NCBI GenBank assembly: GCA_038087875.1
Contig: CM075990.1
Coordinates: forward strand, 10,418,001-10,482,000
DNA: 64,000 nucleotides
Direction: 5' to 3'
Source of the DNA: Malacoraja senta
Taxonomy: Eukaryota
Below the pieces are notes generated by a model. It saw nothing but the letters and a program-made list of their open reading frames with translations, was not told where the DNA came from and made no database searches. Of the stretch, positions 13,656-25,094 are shown piece by piece (position 1 is the stretch's first letter; every line of letters begins with the position of its first letter). The position numbers were made by a program, and so were the translations under genes.

Positions 13656-14690
13656 AGCAATGTTATAACATTTTGAGATTTTAAAAATCAAGTCTGTCAT
13701 TTATCCCATCAGATAAAGCATAAAAAGACGTTTAATTTGACACCTAATTCACTTTCATATCTTCAGTATTAATAAAGTTATGGCCATTTTCATACTTGGA
13801 AATTAGCATCTTGTTCCCTATTGCTTTTCCATTGACTTAACACAAAAGCTGTGATCGAGGACAGTCAAAAGCCCATAACTTTCTTAAAAATTAAGAGAAC
13901 TGAAAGAAATTTTCAGTTATTATAGTTTGAAGCATTCTGAAACAAATATGAAACAATCTTACTTAGATGACATGAAATTAAAGCATATAATTAGTTAGTT
14001 ACCTAATTGTAGCTAATTACAAAATTCAATTACTAGATCTAAACATCTATCAATTTCTTAAGAATAGATTAACATTTTTAAATAGCCTAAGTGTCCAAAT
14101 AACATTCACACAAGAATTCACAATATAACATATATTTTATATCTCATTGTCATGGATTTATAGGCCAAATGGAAGGAATTTAATGTTGAATACCTGTAAA
14201 TTAATGGCCATTTAAATCATCTTGCGAGTGGGTTTTTCTGGAACGCGATCATTTGGAACGTTGCGGTTGCGCTGAATTTAAACCCGTATCGGCATGAAAA
14301 ATACTGCCGGTTAGTTCGGGGGAAAAAATTACCGTTTCGCAACTTAAAATGTGAATTAAAGGCATCTTAAGGAGCACTTGTATACATAAAATAAACGGCT
14401 TTCGTTTACCTGTCCCGTGCGTGAAATTCGTCCCCGTTGTCGGCGTTGACGGCTTTAGAAGCTGATTTTAAAATTGCTCCAGCGCTGAAATTGTCGGGCG
14501 AAAAAAATAAAAACACAGAATGCCCGTCGGAATGATTCTTCAGCAAAAGCTTGCACTCCGACGAAATATAATCCAGGACAAGGTAGGAGAAACCCGCGTT
14601 TTAACCCCCCCCCCTCAAAGGCGCCAAAATCACGCACACGGCCAGTGGCAGAATTGCAGCGCCACTGAAGGTAAGTATTGTAACATACCT
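13656..14690. mobile_element. Non-autonomous DNA transposon-like element with short imperfect TIRs
   Basis: Direct repeat acaatgtgt at 13647-13655 and 14691-14699; ends agcaatgttataa / ttgtaacatacct (10 of 13 complementary); CpG-rich right half. Confidence 0.7.
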
Positions 14691-14761
14691 ACAATGTGTG
14701 ATGGAATTTTCTTCACTTCCTTTAAGAAACTCATCATCGTAAGTTCTAAACAGCCAGAAAT

Positions 14762-15345
14762 CCATCAGCGCCGCTACTTCCTGAGAAGATTACGGAGAGT
14801 CGGTATGTCAAAGAGGACTCTCTTGAACTTCTACAGGTTCACAGTAGAGAGCATACTGACTGGTTGCATCATGGCTTGGTTCGGCAACTTGAGCGTCCAG
14901 GAGCGGAAAAGAATGCAGAAAGTTGTGACCACTGCCCAGTCAATCATCGGCCCTGACCTCCCCACCATCAAAGGGATCTATCGCAGTCGCTGCCTCAAAA
15001 AGGCTGCCAACATCATCAAGGACCCAAACCATCCTGGCCACACACTCATCTCTCCGCTGCCATCAGGTAGAAGGTACAGGAGCCTGAAATCTGGTACATC
15101 CAGGTTCAGGAACAGCTCCTTCCCCACAGCCATCAGGCTGTTAAACTCACCATCAAACAAACTCTGAACTATAACAGCCTATTGCACTTTATCTGTTTAT
15201 TTATGTGTATATATATATGGTCTATGCTATATAGACACACTGAACTGTTCTGTATTTATGCTTACAATACTCTGTTGTGCTGCAGCAAGCAAGAAGTTCA
15301 TTGTCCTATCTGGGACACATGACAATAAACTCCCTTGACTTGACC
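14762..15345 (+). mobile_element. Rex/Babar-type LINE 3' fragment (RT C-terminal region)
   Basis: ORF QRRYFLRRLRR..NFYR.TVESILTGCI.AWFG..PGH....LPSGRRYRS, then catgacaataaa and (cttga)n tail. Confidence 0.85.
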
Positions 15346-17199
15346 CTAAGCATTCACTCACTCTAACATAGTAGCCACAATGTATACTGTACCAACTATA
15401 AAGTGCACTCCAGCAAATTGCCAAGCTATTTTCAAAATAGTTCCCCAAACCCCATGATCTTCAGTAAGGCCATCAGTTGCAGGCATCCTTAACGTTCCTG
15501 ACTTAGTTGTATATTGTTGTTCCTTCATAATTGTTGGTACCAAATTCTGGAACTACCTCCCACATACTTCCAAGCAATGTGCATCTCTCCTCAAGGGCAG
15601 TTAAGGATGGGCAATGAATGTGCATAAGAAATCATGGCAACACATTGTATGTATTGCCTTCTGCTCGAACTTGAAAACCCTCCAAACACAAACCTTAATA
15701 GATCCATGTTCCAAGTAATGGAGGTGATAAATATGGCAAGATGCAAGATACTGCAGTGTGTACAAATTACAGGAACAATTGCAGCCTCTCATTTATGATT
15801 ATTTGACTGTATCTGTTGAATTGTGAACAAATAGTGCTTTCTCTTCATTGGCAAACGTCCTAGGTAGCAGAATGATTCTGGAAGAAGGCCCAATACTATC
15901 TTCCTAAAAGACAAACAAACAGGCAATAAACACAAGGTATACCAGGAATTAATCAAATAAAAATGAACACTAGCCTTGAGCCATGAGATACCACAGTGTG
16001 GTTTTGGTGAAGAACAATAAGCTCAGTGCAAAACAATGGTCAGACTTGTGTTCTATCCAAACTGTTATGGTTTATTTTATTAATGTTGGGGAACTTGGTC
16101 AGAAGGGAATGATGGATGGGTATTCTCATCGTGTTCTCTACAGCATACAGCCCAAATAGAAGCAGGCCTGGTCAGTGTGTGGAATTACGAGTGAAGTAGA
16201 CTTCTTGTCTCTATGGTCTATAGACACACTGAACTTTTATCTTCCGTTTTGTATTATGTTTACATATTCTGTTGTGCTGCAGCAAGTAAGAATTTAATTG
16301 TCCGATCTGGGACACATGACAATAAAACTCTCTTCTTCTCTTGAAATGAAAGAAATCAGCAGATAGATTTCCGTAAAGATCTGAGTCACATTGTATTAGC
16401 TACCAATGGAGTCACCAATCTATCTGGAGGAAAGGAGCACCTGTGATCATGACAACATTTAGCATAAAGTACTGGTGTGGTCTTGCAAATTAGTGTTGTA
16501 TGTATTGGTTACGCTAATAAGAATAACAACTTTTTTTTAAATGCAAGAACTTTCTGACCACAACATCTGTTGTCAGATGGCAAAGTTCTTTTTAAAGAAG
16601 AAAATTATTGCTTATATTTTTCCAAACTTCTGTAAATTGAGTAGGATATCTATGTTGAAAATTATTTATTTGGAAGACTAATAAACATTTGCATCTGTTT
16701 GACTCTTTCCAGTTAATTTTCATCCTACAGCTAATTCTTTATAAATTACAGCTGAAATAACAACCAAAGCAGGAATATAAACAGAACTTTATAACACGTA
16801 AAACGTATGGTGTACTGAAGATAGGGTTACATCGGAAACTCTGCGGAAACATTTTTGGTAAGAGTTACTGTGAGTATGGAGGTATTGCCTCTGTGGGACT
16901 CAGAGTCCTGTAAACCAAATGGAACCAGGTTTCCACCTTACATCATGCTTCCCCACTCCATCATAGGCCAGAGGTAATTGTAATTCCATATTTCCACGTC
17001 TCATTACAATGTAGGAGGAGGACACTTTAGTCTATCCAGACTATGCGGGCTGAGAGATCCCACTAATTTTCCCGCCGATCTATTTCCCCCCACATTCTTT
17101 TCAACTCCCTCAGATTCCACCTTTCCCTGCACACTAGGGGCAATATAGAGTGGCCAGTGAACGTACCAACCTGCGCGTCTTTGGAAGTAATTGAAAATT

Positions 17200-17305
17200 T
17201 AGGGGTGGCACAGTAGCTTAGCTGTTAGAGCCATTGCCTCACTGTGCCAGAGACCCTGGTTTGAACCTGACCTTGGGTGCTCTCCCTGTGGAGTTTGCAC
17301 ATTGT
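17200..17305 (+). mobile_element. SINE 5' half, truncated by CR1 insertion
   Basis: ggggtggcacagtagc...ggtttgaacctgacc...gtggagtttgcaca. Confidence 0.65.
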
Positions 17306-17446
17306 CAATAGACAATAGACAATAGGTGCAGGAGTAGGCCATTCGGCCCTTCGAGCTAACACCACCATTCAATGTGATCATGGCTGATCATCCACAATCT
17401 GTACCCCATTCCTGCCTTCTCCCCATATCCCTTGACTCCACTATCT
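17306..17446 (-). mobile_element. CR1 LINE 3' end
   Basis: (caataga)n tail then ggtgcaggagtaggccattcggcccttcgag, reverse complement of the CR1 3' UTR at ~43020-43141. Confidence 0.85.
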
Positions 17447-17625
17447 TTGCTTGGAAGTATTTATGGGAGGTAGTTCCAGAATTTGGTACCAACAATAATG
17501 AAGTAACAACAATACACAACTAAGTCACGAATGTTAAGGATGCCTGCAACTGATGGCCTTATTGATGATCATGGGGCCTGGGGAATCAGAGTTTGATATT
17601 TATTAGCAATATCCTTAGCCAGGCC

Positions 17626-18062
17626 ATTGCCTCTGCCACTGTCCAGGCCATCACCGGCTTTGACCTCCCCACCTTCAAAGGGATCTATCAAAGTCGCTGC
17701 CTCAAAAAGGCAGCCAATATCATCAGGGACCCACACCATCCTGGCCACACACTCACCACTGCCATCGTGAAGAAGGTACAAGAGCCTGAAAACTGTAACG
17801 TCCAGGTTCAGGAACAGCAGCTTCCCTACAGCCATCAGGCTATTAAACACAACAACAAATAAGCTCTGAACTATAACAGACTATTATTATTATTGCACTA
17901 TATTTGTTATTTATTGAGTATGTGTGCATGTGTATATATACACACACTGAATTTTTTATCTTCTCCCGTTATGTACTATGTTTATATATTCTGTTGTGCT
18001 GTAGCAAGTAAGAATTTAATTGTCCTAATCTGGGACATAGGACAATAAAACACTCTTGACTC
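17626..18062 (+). mobile_element. Rex/Babar-type LINE 3' fragment
   Basis: DLPTFKGIYQSRCLKKAANIIRDPHHPGH peptide and gacaataaa tail. Confidence 0.8.
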
Positions 18063-18427
18063 AAATGGCCTATGTCCTTTATCACCTTCTGGACTGGTAT
18101 TTTAACAAGGACTGCTCGCTGCATTACATGGGAATATGATGAAGATAGATTAGTTGGATGTGTGACAGGATATCTTCCCACACTTATTCGTATTTCCATA
18201 CCACAAACTGTATGTAATGAAATTAATGAGTAAGAGAACTATTAGTATTATGCAGGCTAAATTGGTGAAAACATGATTTCAATCAGGACTTAAAGAACCT
18301 CTTTAATGTTACTTTAGAAATTGAAAAACATGATAAAAAAAAAGCTGACTTGCAACCAAAACATCTCGGGGGGAAAAAACTGTTGCCATGTATCCTCCCC
18401 ACAGTAATCAGACGCCATGCTCTTTAG

Positions 18428-18508
18428 AACCATATAACCATATAACCATATAACCATAACAGCACGGAAACAGGCCATCTCGGCCCTTCAAGTCCGTGCC
18501 GAACATTT

Positions 18509-18551
<43 letters not shown>

Positions 18552-18700
18552 AAATAAAATACTACCCCCTAGTCCCATCTACCTGCACTCAGACCATAAC
18601 CCTCCATTCCTTTCCCATCCATATACCCATCCAATCTATTTTTAAAGGATAACATCGAACCTGCCTCCACCACTTCCACTGGAAGCTCATTCCACACAGC
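18428..18700 (-). mobile_element. CR1 3' end with (AACCATAT)n tail and an internal poly-T tract
   Basis: cacggaaacaggcc...tagtcccatctacctgcact...agctcattccacacagc; poly-T at 18511-18544. Confidence 0.7.
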
Positions 18701-21087
18701 AGAACACTGCTACTTCAACCATGAATGGTCATTGAATGACAGCAATCGTTTCAATTGATACTTGTACATCTATTAAGCAATGTAACGCACTGCCCCTCAT
18801 ATTTTTAGATTTTTAGATTGCAGTAACAAAAATAAACTTACAGCTCTCAAAAAATACCTTTATTTTGGAAAATCCTGCCAGAATTAAAAGATTTTCTTTA
18901 TATGAGTCTGAAATTCTTGGCCCCTAAACCTCTGTACTTCATTGACACAATTGCTTTTTATCACACAATATTCTGTAACACAAGGTTTCTTAAGAATGCA
19001 ACTAATGTGTTGTAGCAGAGCTACCTTACAATACTGTGCCAGATGAAAATTTTCCTCATAGTTCATGCTTTACTTGAGCAACAGCAACAAAGTTCTACCT
19101 GTTACCTAAAACCTACAATCAAATCCTCATAAAATCCTTCCAAAACTATTATTAAAAGCGTGACAACTAAAAATATCCCTAACCGTTACATATGGATGAA
19201 GTCCACTTTCAATTTATCATTATTCAAAAATATCAGGTTCCTCTTTAAATGGTGATTTCCCAGTGGCTAGTTTCCAAACCTTGGTTAACATCAATTTATT
19301 ATAGCTTCATTTAACCTAATTGCCAATTTTCTGTGAGAGCTCCAAATCCCACTTAAACTCCTCAGAGTGTATTCATGATTGGGCCGAGGACTGATAGTTG
19401 AGATGTTGGGGCAATTTCCTGTTATCCATCTACCTCCCTCACCACATTTTTTACTCCATCAGGAACCAATGATGGGCTCTTTTAAACATAATGCCTGCGG
19501 CCATAACATTTTTAATGTTCTATTTTAGTTAATACCACAATGATTTTTCTGAGGAAAAATAACTTTTAATGCCAGTGCATTCCAGGACAATACTGGAAAG
19601 TTTCCAATCCTCAGCTCCGACCAGTCATTACTACAGAGTTACACTTAAAACTGGAAATATTGTCTTTTGGCTATAGTAATGTTTCATTGTTTCAGACAGG
19701 ATAGAGACATTCTGTTTATCAGCAGTCTCACAAATAAGATACCCCACATCCTCTGCCGTGTCAAAAATTCCAAATGCAACGATGTGTTTATTAACTAAAA
19801 TAATTTCCTTTTAAAAGCCATAGCACCATATAATTTCAACCTCAATGGTTTTGCTTCAATCTACATTTTACCTAAAACCATAGCTGCTAATTGCAAAGGA
19901 TTGCATGTATTCCAGGAGCAATTATTCATGTATTCTCATGGATCAATGGAACCATTCCAAGTCAATTTCTTTATCACAGAAAATAATAAGTTAAAGTTTG
20001 TCCATTAACAGAAATCTGTGATCCATGCACTCTGCAACACTATTACTCCATTGACTACCAGTTTGATCAACTCGTGTTGTCCAGTCAAGATGCTCGTAAT
20101 AATGCCAGGTGGTCCTACTTTCTGGATCAATGCTGATTCCCAAGGAAGAATTTTGTTGGCAATGTAAACAAGATGGAATAACTCAAGGTTTGAGGATGAG
20201 AGTACGTCGCAGGTGAACTTTCACTGAATCACATTGGCAGTCAGCAATGTCCCAACAATTTACAATCTGTACTGATGACACGGATTAAGAGACTGCATGC
20301 TGTTGAAACAAAGATAGGTGCATAAAAACACAAATAACATCTGTAGAATTGTACATTTCTTCTCCATGTTTAATCTCTATCCCTCTTTGCTGCAGACATA
20401 TTGATTGTTCTTGTTCAAATTGATGCATATAATTCCAGCAGAGTTACATCAAAGGAGTTGTTTTTGTGCCTCTGAAAGCAATAAAAATCAAACTTTCTAT
20501 TTTACTTTCCAGATAGTACTTCAAAAGAATATTTGAGGATATTGGGCCCATATGAGCTGATTTTAAAAATAAACCATCTTAACATTTTCAATGAAACTGC
20601 AACTGCAGCAAAATGATGACTTGAATATGGGCAGGTAGCCTGTTGTGATCTCACGCTGCAGTGTTGATGAATGCATGATGTGTCATCGTTTCATTTTATT
20701 GTGCAGCACATTGCAGTGATATCCACCTGCCTTGTTTGCCTTGATCTCCATCATGAGCAGCACAGCTTCCTGCTGTATCTCTGACATGCATGCCCCCCCA
20801 CAATTTGGCAGCTGTTGCACACCATATGCCCGTGTTAACACAGGTATTAAGTCAATGCTAAGTTTGTTCATTGTGTTACTGCCTTGACCAATGCCCGCAC
20901 TTGATCATTGAGACAAGTCATAGAGCTGTATGGCCCAATTTCTCCATGCTGATCAACATGCATCATCTACAATAGTCCCACCTGCCCACGTTTAGCCCAT
21001 ATCCCTCTAAAGTTTCCTATCCATGTACCTGTCCAGATGTCTTTTATATGTTATTGCAGTACCTGCCCCAACTACCTCCTCTGATAG

Positions 21088-21208
21088 AAGGGTTTCGGCC
21101 CGAAACGTTACCTGTTTCCTTCGCTCCATAGATGCTGCTGCACCCGCTGAGTTTCTCCAGCATTTTTGTGTACCTTCGATTTTCCAGCATCTGCAGTTCC
21201 TTCTTTAA
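21088..21208 (+). mobile_element. PLE terminal fragment
   Basis: 15-bp TSD tacctcctctgatag at 21073-21087 and 21209-21223. Confidence 0.85.
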
Positions 21209-21330
21209 TACCTCCTCTGATAGCTTGTTCCACATACCCACCACCCTCTGTGTGAAATAAGTTGCCCCTTAGGTTCCAATTAAATCTTTTCCTTCTCACC
21301 TTACACATGCCCTCCTGTTCTTGATTATCC

Positions 21331-21700
21331 TTTTAGTTTAGTTTAGTTTATTTTATTTTAGTTTAGAGATACAGCATGGAAACAAGCCCTTTGGCCCACC
21401 GGGTCCGTGCCGACCAACGATCGCCGCACATTAACACCCACCAGGGCCAATTTTTACATTTATCAAGCCAATTAACCTACAAACCTGTACGTCTTTGGAA
21501 TGTGGGATGAAACGAAGATCTCAGGGAAAACCCACGCAGTTCACGGGGAGAACGTACAAACTCCGTACAGACAGCACCCGTAATCGGGATTGAACCCGGG
21601 TCTCCGGTGCTGCATTCGCTGTAAGGCAGCAACTCTACCGCTGCGCCACTGTGACTGCCGCTGCGCCACCGTGACTGCCTCTGCGCCACCGTGACTGCCC
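21331..21700 (-). mobile_element. tRNA-derived SINE with triplicated 5' 20-mer
   Basis: A-box tggcgcagcgg, B-box ggttcaatccc, (taaac)n tail; three 20-nt units at 21641-21700. Confidence 0.85.
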
Positions 21701-21881
21701 TTCTCTGGATAAAAGACACTGTGCATTCACCTTACCTATTTCACTCATGATCTTATACACCCCTATAAGATCACCCCTCAGTCTCCTATGCTCCAAGGAA
21801 TAAAGATTCCAACCTCTTCCTGTAGCTCAAGCCCAGGAGTCCTGGCAACATCCTTGTAAATCTTCTCTGCACTCGTTCCAG

Positions 21882-22081
21882 NNNNNNNNNNNNNNNNNNN
21901 NNNNNNNNNNNNNNNNNNNNNNNNNNNNNNNNNNNNNNNNNNNNNNNNNNNNNNNNNNNNNNNNNNNNNNNNNNNNNNNNNNNNNNNNNNNNNNNNNNNN
22001 NNNNNNNNNNNNNNNNNNNNNNNNNNNNNNNNNNNNNNNNNNNNNNNNNNNNNNNNNNNNNNNNNNNNNNNNNNNNNNNNN
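21882..22081. other. Assembly gap (200 N)
   Basis: Run of n. Confidence 1.
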
Positions 22082-22769
22082 TATATTCCATTCTATTTAC
22101 AGAAAATCCTAAAATTCCTTGCATATGCTCTTTTATCTCTGAACACTTGCAGGTTTTCTTATTTCAACATACAATTATTTAATTTCTTGAAATTATATAT
22201 GAAAGTAAAATATTTTTAATTTTTTGTACTTTCCGAAAATGCGTGGGGGGGGGGTGGGATGGTTTTAATAAAGGATCTGAAATATCATTCTGGGAAATTA
22301 AATTTCCCTCTCTGATTTTACCAACACTTTAACCCATTTATTTTAATCAAATGTACGTTTCTGCAATATCCTCCCCAGGTTACCAATGGCCAACTTATGC
22401 ACAGCCCTTACATATGAAGCACCATTCGGGAGATGCAAGGAATGGATTTGTCGACCACTGCAGGGCTCCAGGCATCTTCTGGTGTGTGCAAGCTGGGACA
22501 TTCCTGTGTGCCTCCTCATTCCCCCCCCACCCCCCACCCCCCACCCTCATCACACCCGAGCCACAACAATCGGGGGACTGGGTCAGACTGAGCCCCACTG
22601 GGAACTGAGCAGACTCAGAGCAGAGCTGGGTGGAGGAATGAGGTGATAGAAAAAAAGACTAGATGGACAGAGGTTAAGACAGATCAGGTGATAAAGAGCA
22701 GGAGTATTTACTGTTAGCAAAGTATGTCAAAGAAATGAGGTGGAACAGGAATGATCAGGGGAAACAATG

Positions 22770-23030
22770 CGAGAACAGGTTTTCTGAAGATGGAAAATTC
22801 AATGTTCACTCCAGAAGTTTGCAAAGTGTCCAAGCATAAGATATTGTTCGGCGACACAAGAGACTGGGGATGCTGGGATCAGGAGAAAAACAAAGTGCTT
22901 CAGGAACTAAGCGGGTCAGGTAGTATCTGGGGAGGGAATGGACAGGCGATGATTCAAGTTGGGACCCATCAGTGTGAAACGTCGCCTATCCATTCCCTCC
23001 CCAGTTGCTAACTGAGCTCCTCCAGAATCT
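22770..23030. mobile_element. Old PLE fragments including a fold-back terminal motif
   Basis: tcaatgttcactccagaagtttgcaaagtgtccaagc (reverse PLE ORF end) plus gtgcttcaggaactaagcgggtcagg...gaaacgtcgcctatcc. Confidence 0.55.
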
Positions 23031-23260
23031 TATGGTCTACAGAAGATATTGTTCCACAATTTTACATTGGGTCCCACTATGGCATTGGAGAAGGTTGCAG
23101 ACAGACAGATTGGAATAGGGGTGGGAATGGGAATTAAAGTGGCCTGCAACAGGTACATTTGATGGGTAACAAAACTAATTCCATTGCTTGCTAAATATGT
23201 GCGCATTTGATGGCAATTTAGAAGTGCATATTTTTATAATCAACATAAATTTTACTTGAA

Positions 23261-23463
23261 GAGCAATACAAAATGCTGGAGTAACTCATCGGGACAGGCA
23301 GCATCTCTGGAGAGAAGGAATGGGTGGCGTTTTGAGGGTCTCGGCCTGAAACATCACTATTCCTTCTCTCCAGAGATGCTGTCTGTCCCAGTGAGTTACT
23401 CCAGCATTTTGTGTCTATCTTCGGTTTAAATCAGCATCTGCAGTTCCTCCCTACACATTTCCT
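23261..23463. mobile_element. Fold-back PLE insertion
   Basis: Inverted pair of terminal motifs; target at(a/g)aattttacttgaa at 23245-23260 and 23613-23628. Confidence 0.8.
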
Positions 23464-23474
23464 ATGAATTTTAC

Positions 23475-23612
23475 CTCTTCTTCTTTCGTATGGCGTGCAC
23501 AGCCTAAAGTTGTTGGACAACTTGTTCTATTTGATCTTCCGTTTGTGCACGTCGAGTTGATTGCATTAGTCGAAACAGGGCGGACCACGTGAAGGTTGCA
23601 ATCTTCCACCCC
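23475..23612 (-). mobile_element. Short ribozyme-headed retroposon (SINE-like) with (GAA)n-type tail
   Basis: 11-bp TSD atgaattttac at 23464-23474 and 23613-23623; 3' end ccatacgaaagaagaag; no Pol III A/B boxes seen. Confidence 0.85.
23559..23612 (-). ncRNA. Minimal HDV/CPEB3-like self-cleaving ribozyme fold (predicted)
   Basis: GGGGUGG-AA-GAUUGCA-ACC-UUCACGU-GGU-CCGCCCU-GU-UUCGA-CUAA-UGCAAUC: P1 7 bp with G1.U wobble, P2 7 bp, P3 3 bp, 7-nt L3, J4/2 CUAA. Confidence 0.85.
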
Positions 23613-24334
23613 ATGAATTTTACTTGAAATGTGGAGATACTGTCAAAGGAGGCTGAGGTCAGGAGGTACAAGTAAATGGATTTAAATTCAGAGGCTCTTC
23701 TTTTCACGTCAGTCATTTGTATGCTTCTCTGTTGGCTTAGTCCTGCACTGTGTGAAGAGAAAGAAATATGTGTGTTTGAACTGAAAGGATACCCACTGCA
23801 GACGAGACTTCCTGCAGACTTTTCTTTTGTTCCGGTCTATGAGAAAGTACCAAAGAACATCGTAACCCATGCAGAACATGTGGTCATGCAATTATGTGTG
23901 ATGGTTTGCTAATGATAACAGGAGGTGAAATAATGAAATGTATAGGAAGGGATTCTTCTCATAGTGTCATCCACTAAAGTACTGTTGTTGAATAGAAAGT
24001 AACTGGATCAGCTTTCTCCTTGTGAGGTGGGAAACTGAAATAAACCTCAGGTTTGACCAGCAGTAGAATCGTGAATGAACACAATGCATTTCACACACAT
24101 AAAAGGGATGACAGAAAAAAACAAGCTGGATTATGAATTCACCAGCTGTGTTCCTAAGAGAAACACAGAAAGATGAGTTTATGTCTGTAAGCAGGAATCA
24201 TGTTGAGGAACATTATCTTCTGTCTGGGAACAGCGGGGTCTTTGTGACTCCAAATCAAATTCAATGACTTCAGATAACTCTTTTTCTCTTTTTAGCAGAA
24301 CTGGTCGGTTTTGCAGTAAGGTAATCCACGGCCG

Positions 24335-24800
24335 TTAAGATGGTACAGGTGGAGGAGTTGTTGTTCAATCCTGACCCCGGGTCATGTCTGTGCGGAGTTA
24401 CTATGTTCTCTCTGCGACCATATAGGTTCCCCCTGGATGCTCGGGTTTCCACACACATCCCAAAGATGTGTGGGTTGGTAGGTTACGTAGCCATTGTACA
24501 TTGCCACTGATGGTTCAGTGACTGGGGAGAGTTGATGGGAATTGGGAAGAATAAAAGAAACGGGTGCTTGTCGGTAGAGTTTGTACTTTCTCCCCGAAAC
24601 CTGCAAGGGTTTTTTCCCGAGATCTTCGTTTCCTCCCACTCTCCAAAGACGTATAGGTTTGTATATAAATGGTTTGGTATAAATGTAAATTGTCCCTGGT
24701 GTGTGTACGATAGTGTTAGTGTGTGGGGATCACTGGTCGGCGCAGACTCGGTGAATCGAAGGGCCTGTCTCCGTGCAGTATCTCTAAACTAAACTAAACC
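24335..24800 (+). mobile_element. Composite of two SINE copies
   Basis: Two successive gagtt...ttctc...ccaaaga cores and a (taaac)n tail at ~24785-24799. Confidence 0.7.
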
Positions 24801-25094
24801 ATCACCAGTTTATCAAAATAATTATGGACCTTCATTGCAGTAATCCTTTCATCCCCAGCTACCTCCGCTGAATCTACAGGTGAATGGAAGATTTAGGCCA
24901 GCCCCTCTGCAGTTTCCTCCCTTCCATCCTTCAGCAATTATGATGCATCTTATCTGAACCAGGCCAAGATTAGACTTTACAGAGACTCGAAAGTTGCAAG
25001 ATGGTGCCGGAACATGGCGACTCTCTGCTTACTGTTCCAGAAGAGGATCTCATGTATGTGTAACGATGGATACCATGCAGAACAAGGCAGATTA

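Larger units (their letters stand above)
20915..21881 (-). mobile_element. Old CR1 3' fragment carrying nested PLE and SINE insertions; runs into the gap
   Basis: Peptides LERVQRRFTRMLPGL and VGMWNKL.EEV on the minus strand. Confidence 0.8.

Noticed and set aside
14520..15167. 215-aa ORF as a host gene (ALKBH8-N/DUF1891-like)
   Set aside because: Chance fusion of a DNA-element end with a Rex/Babar LINE C-terminus that is repeated several times in the window
21786..22124. 112-aa ORF
   Set aside because: Artefact spanning the N gap
23676..23912. 78-aa ORF with a signal-peptide-like N-terminus
   Set aside because: No recognisable domain or exon context; such short ORFs arise by chance
24279..24326. 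Possible micro-exon (strong acceptor, gtaagg/gtaatc donors)
   Set aside because: Candidate lengths of 17, 20, 22 or 25 nt are not frame-preserving, and no host gene is evident
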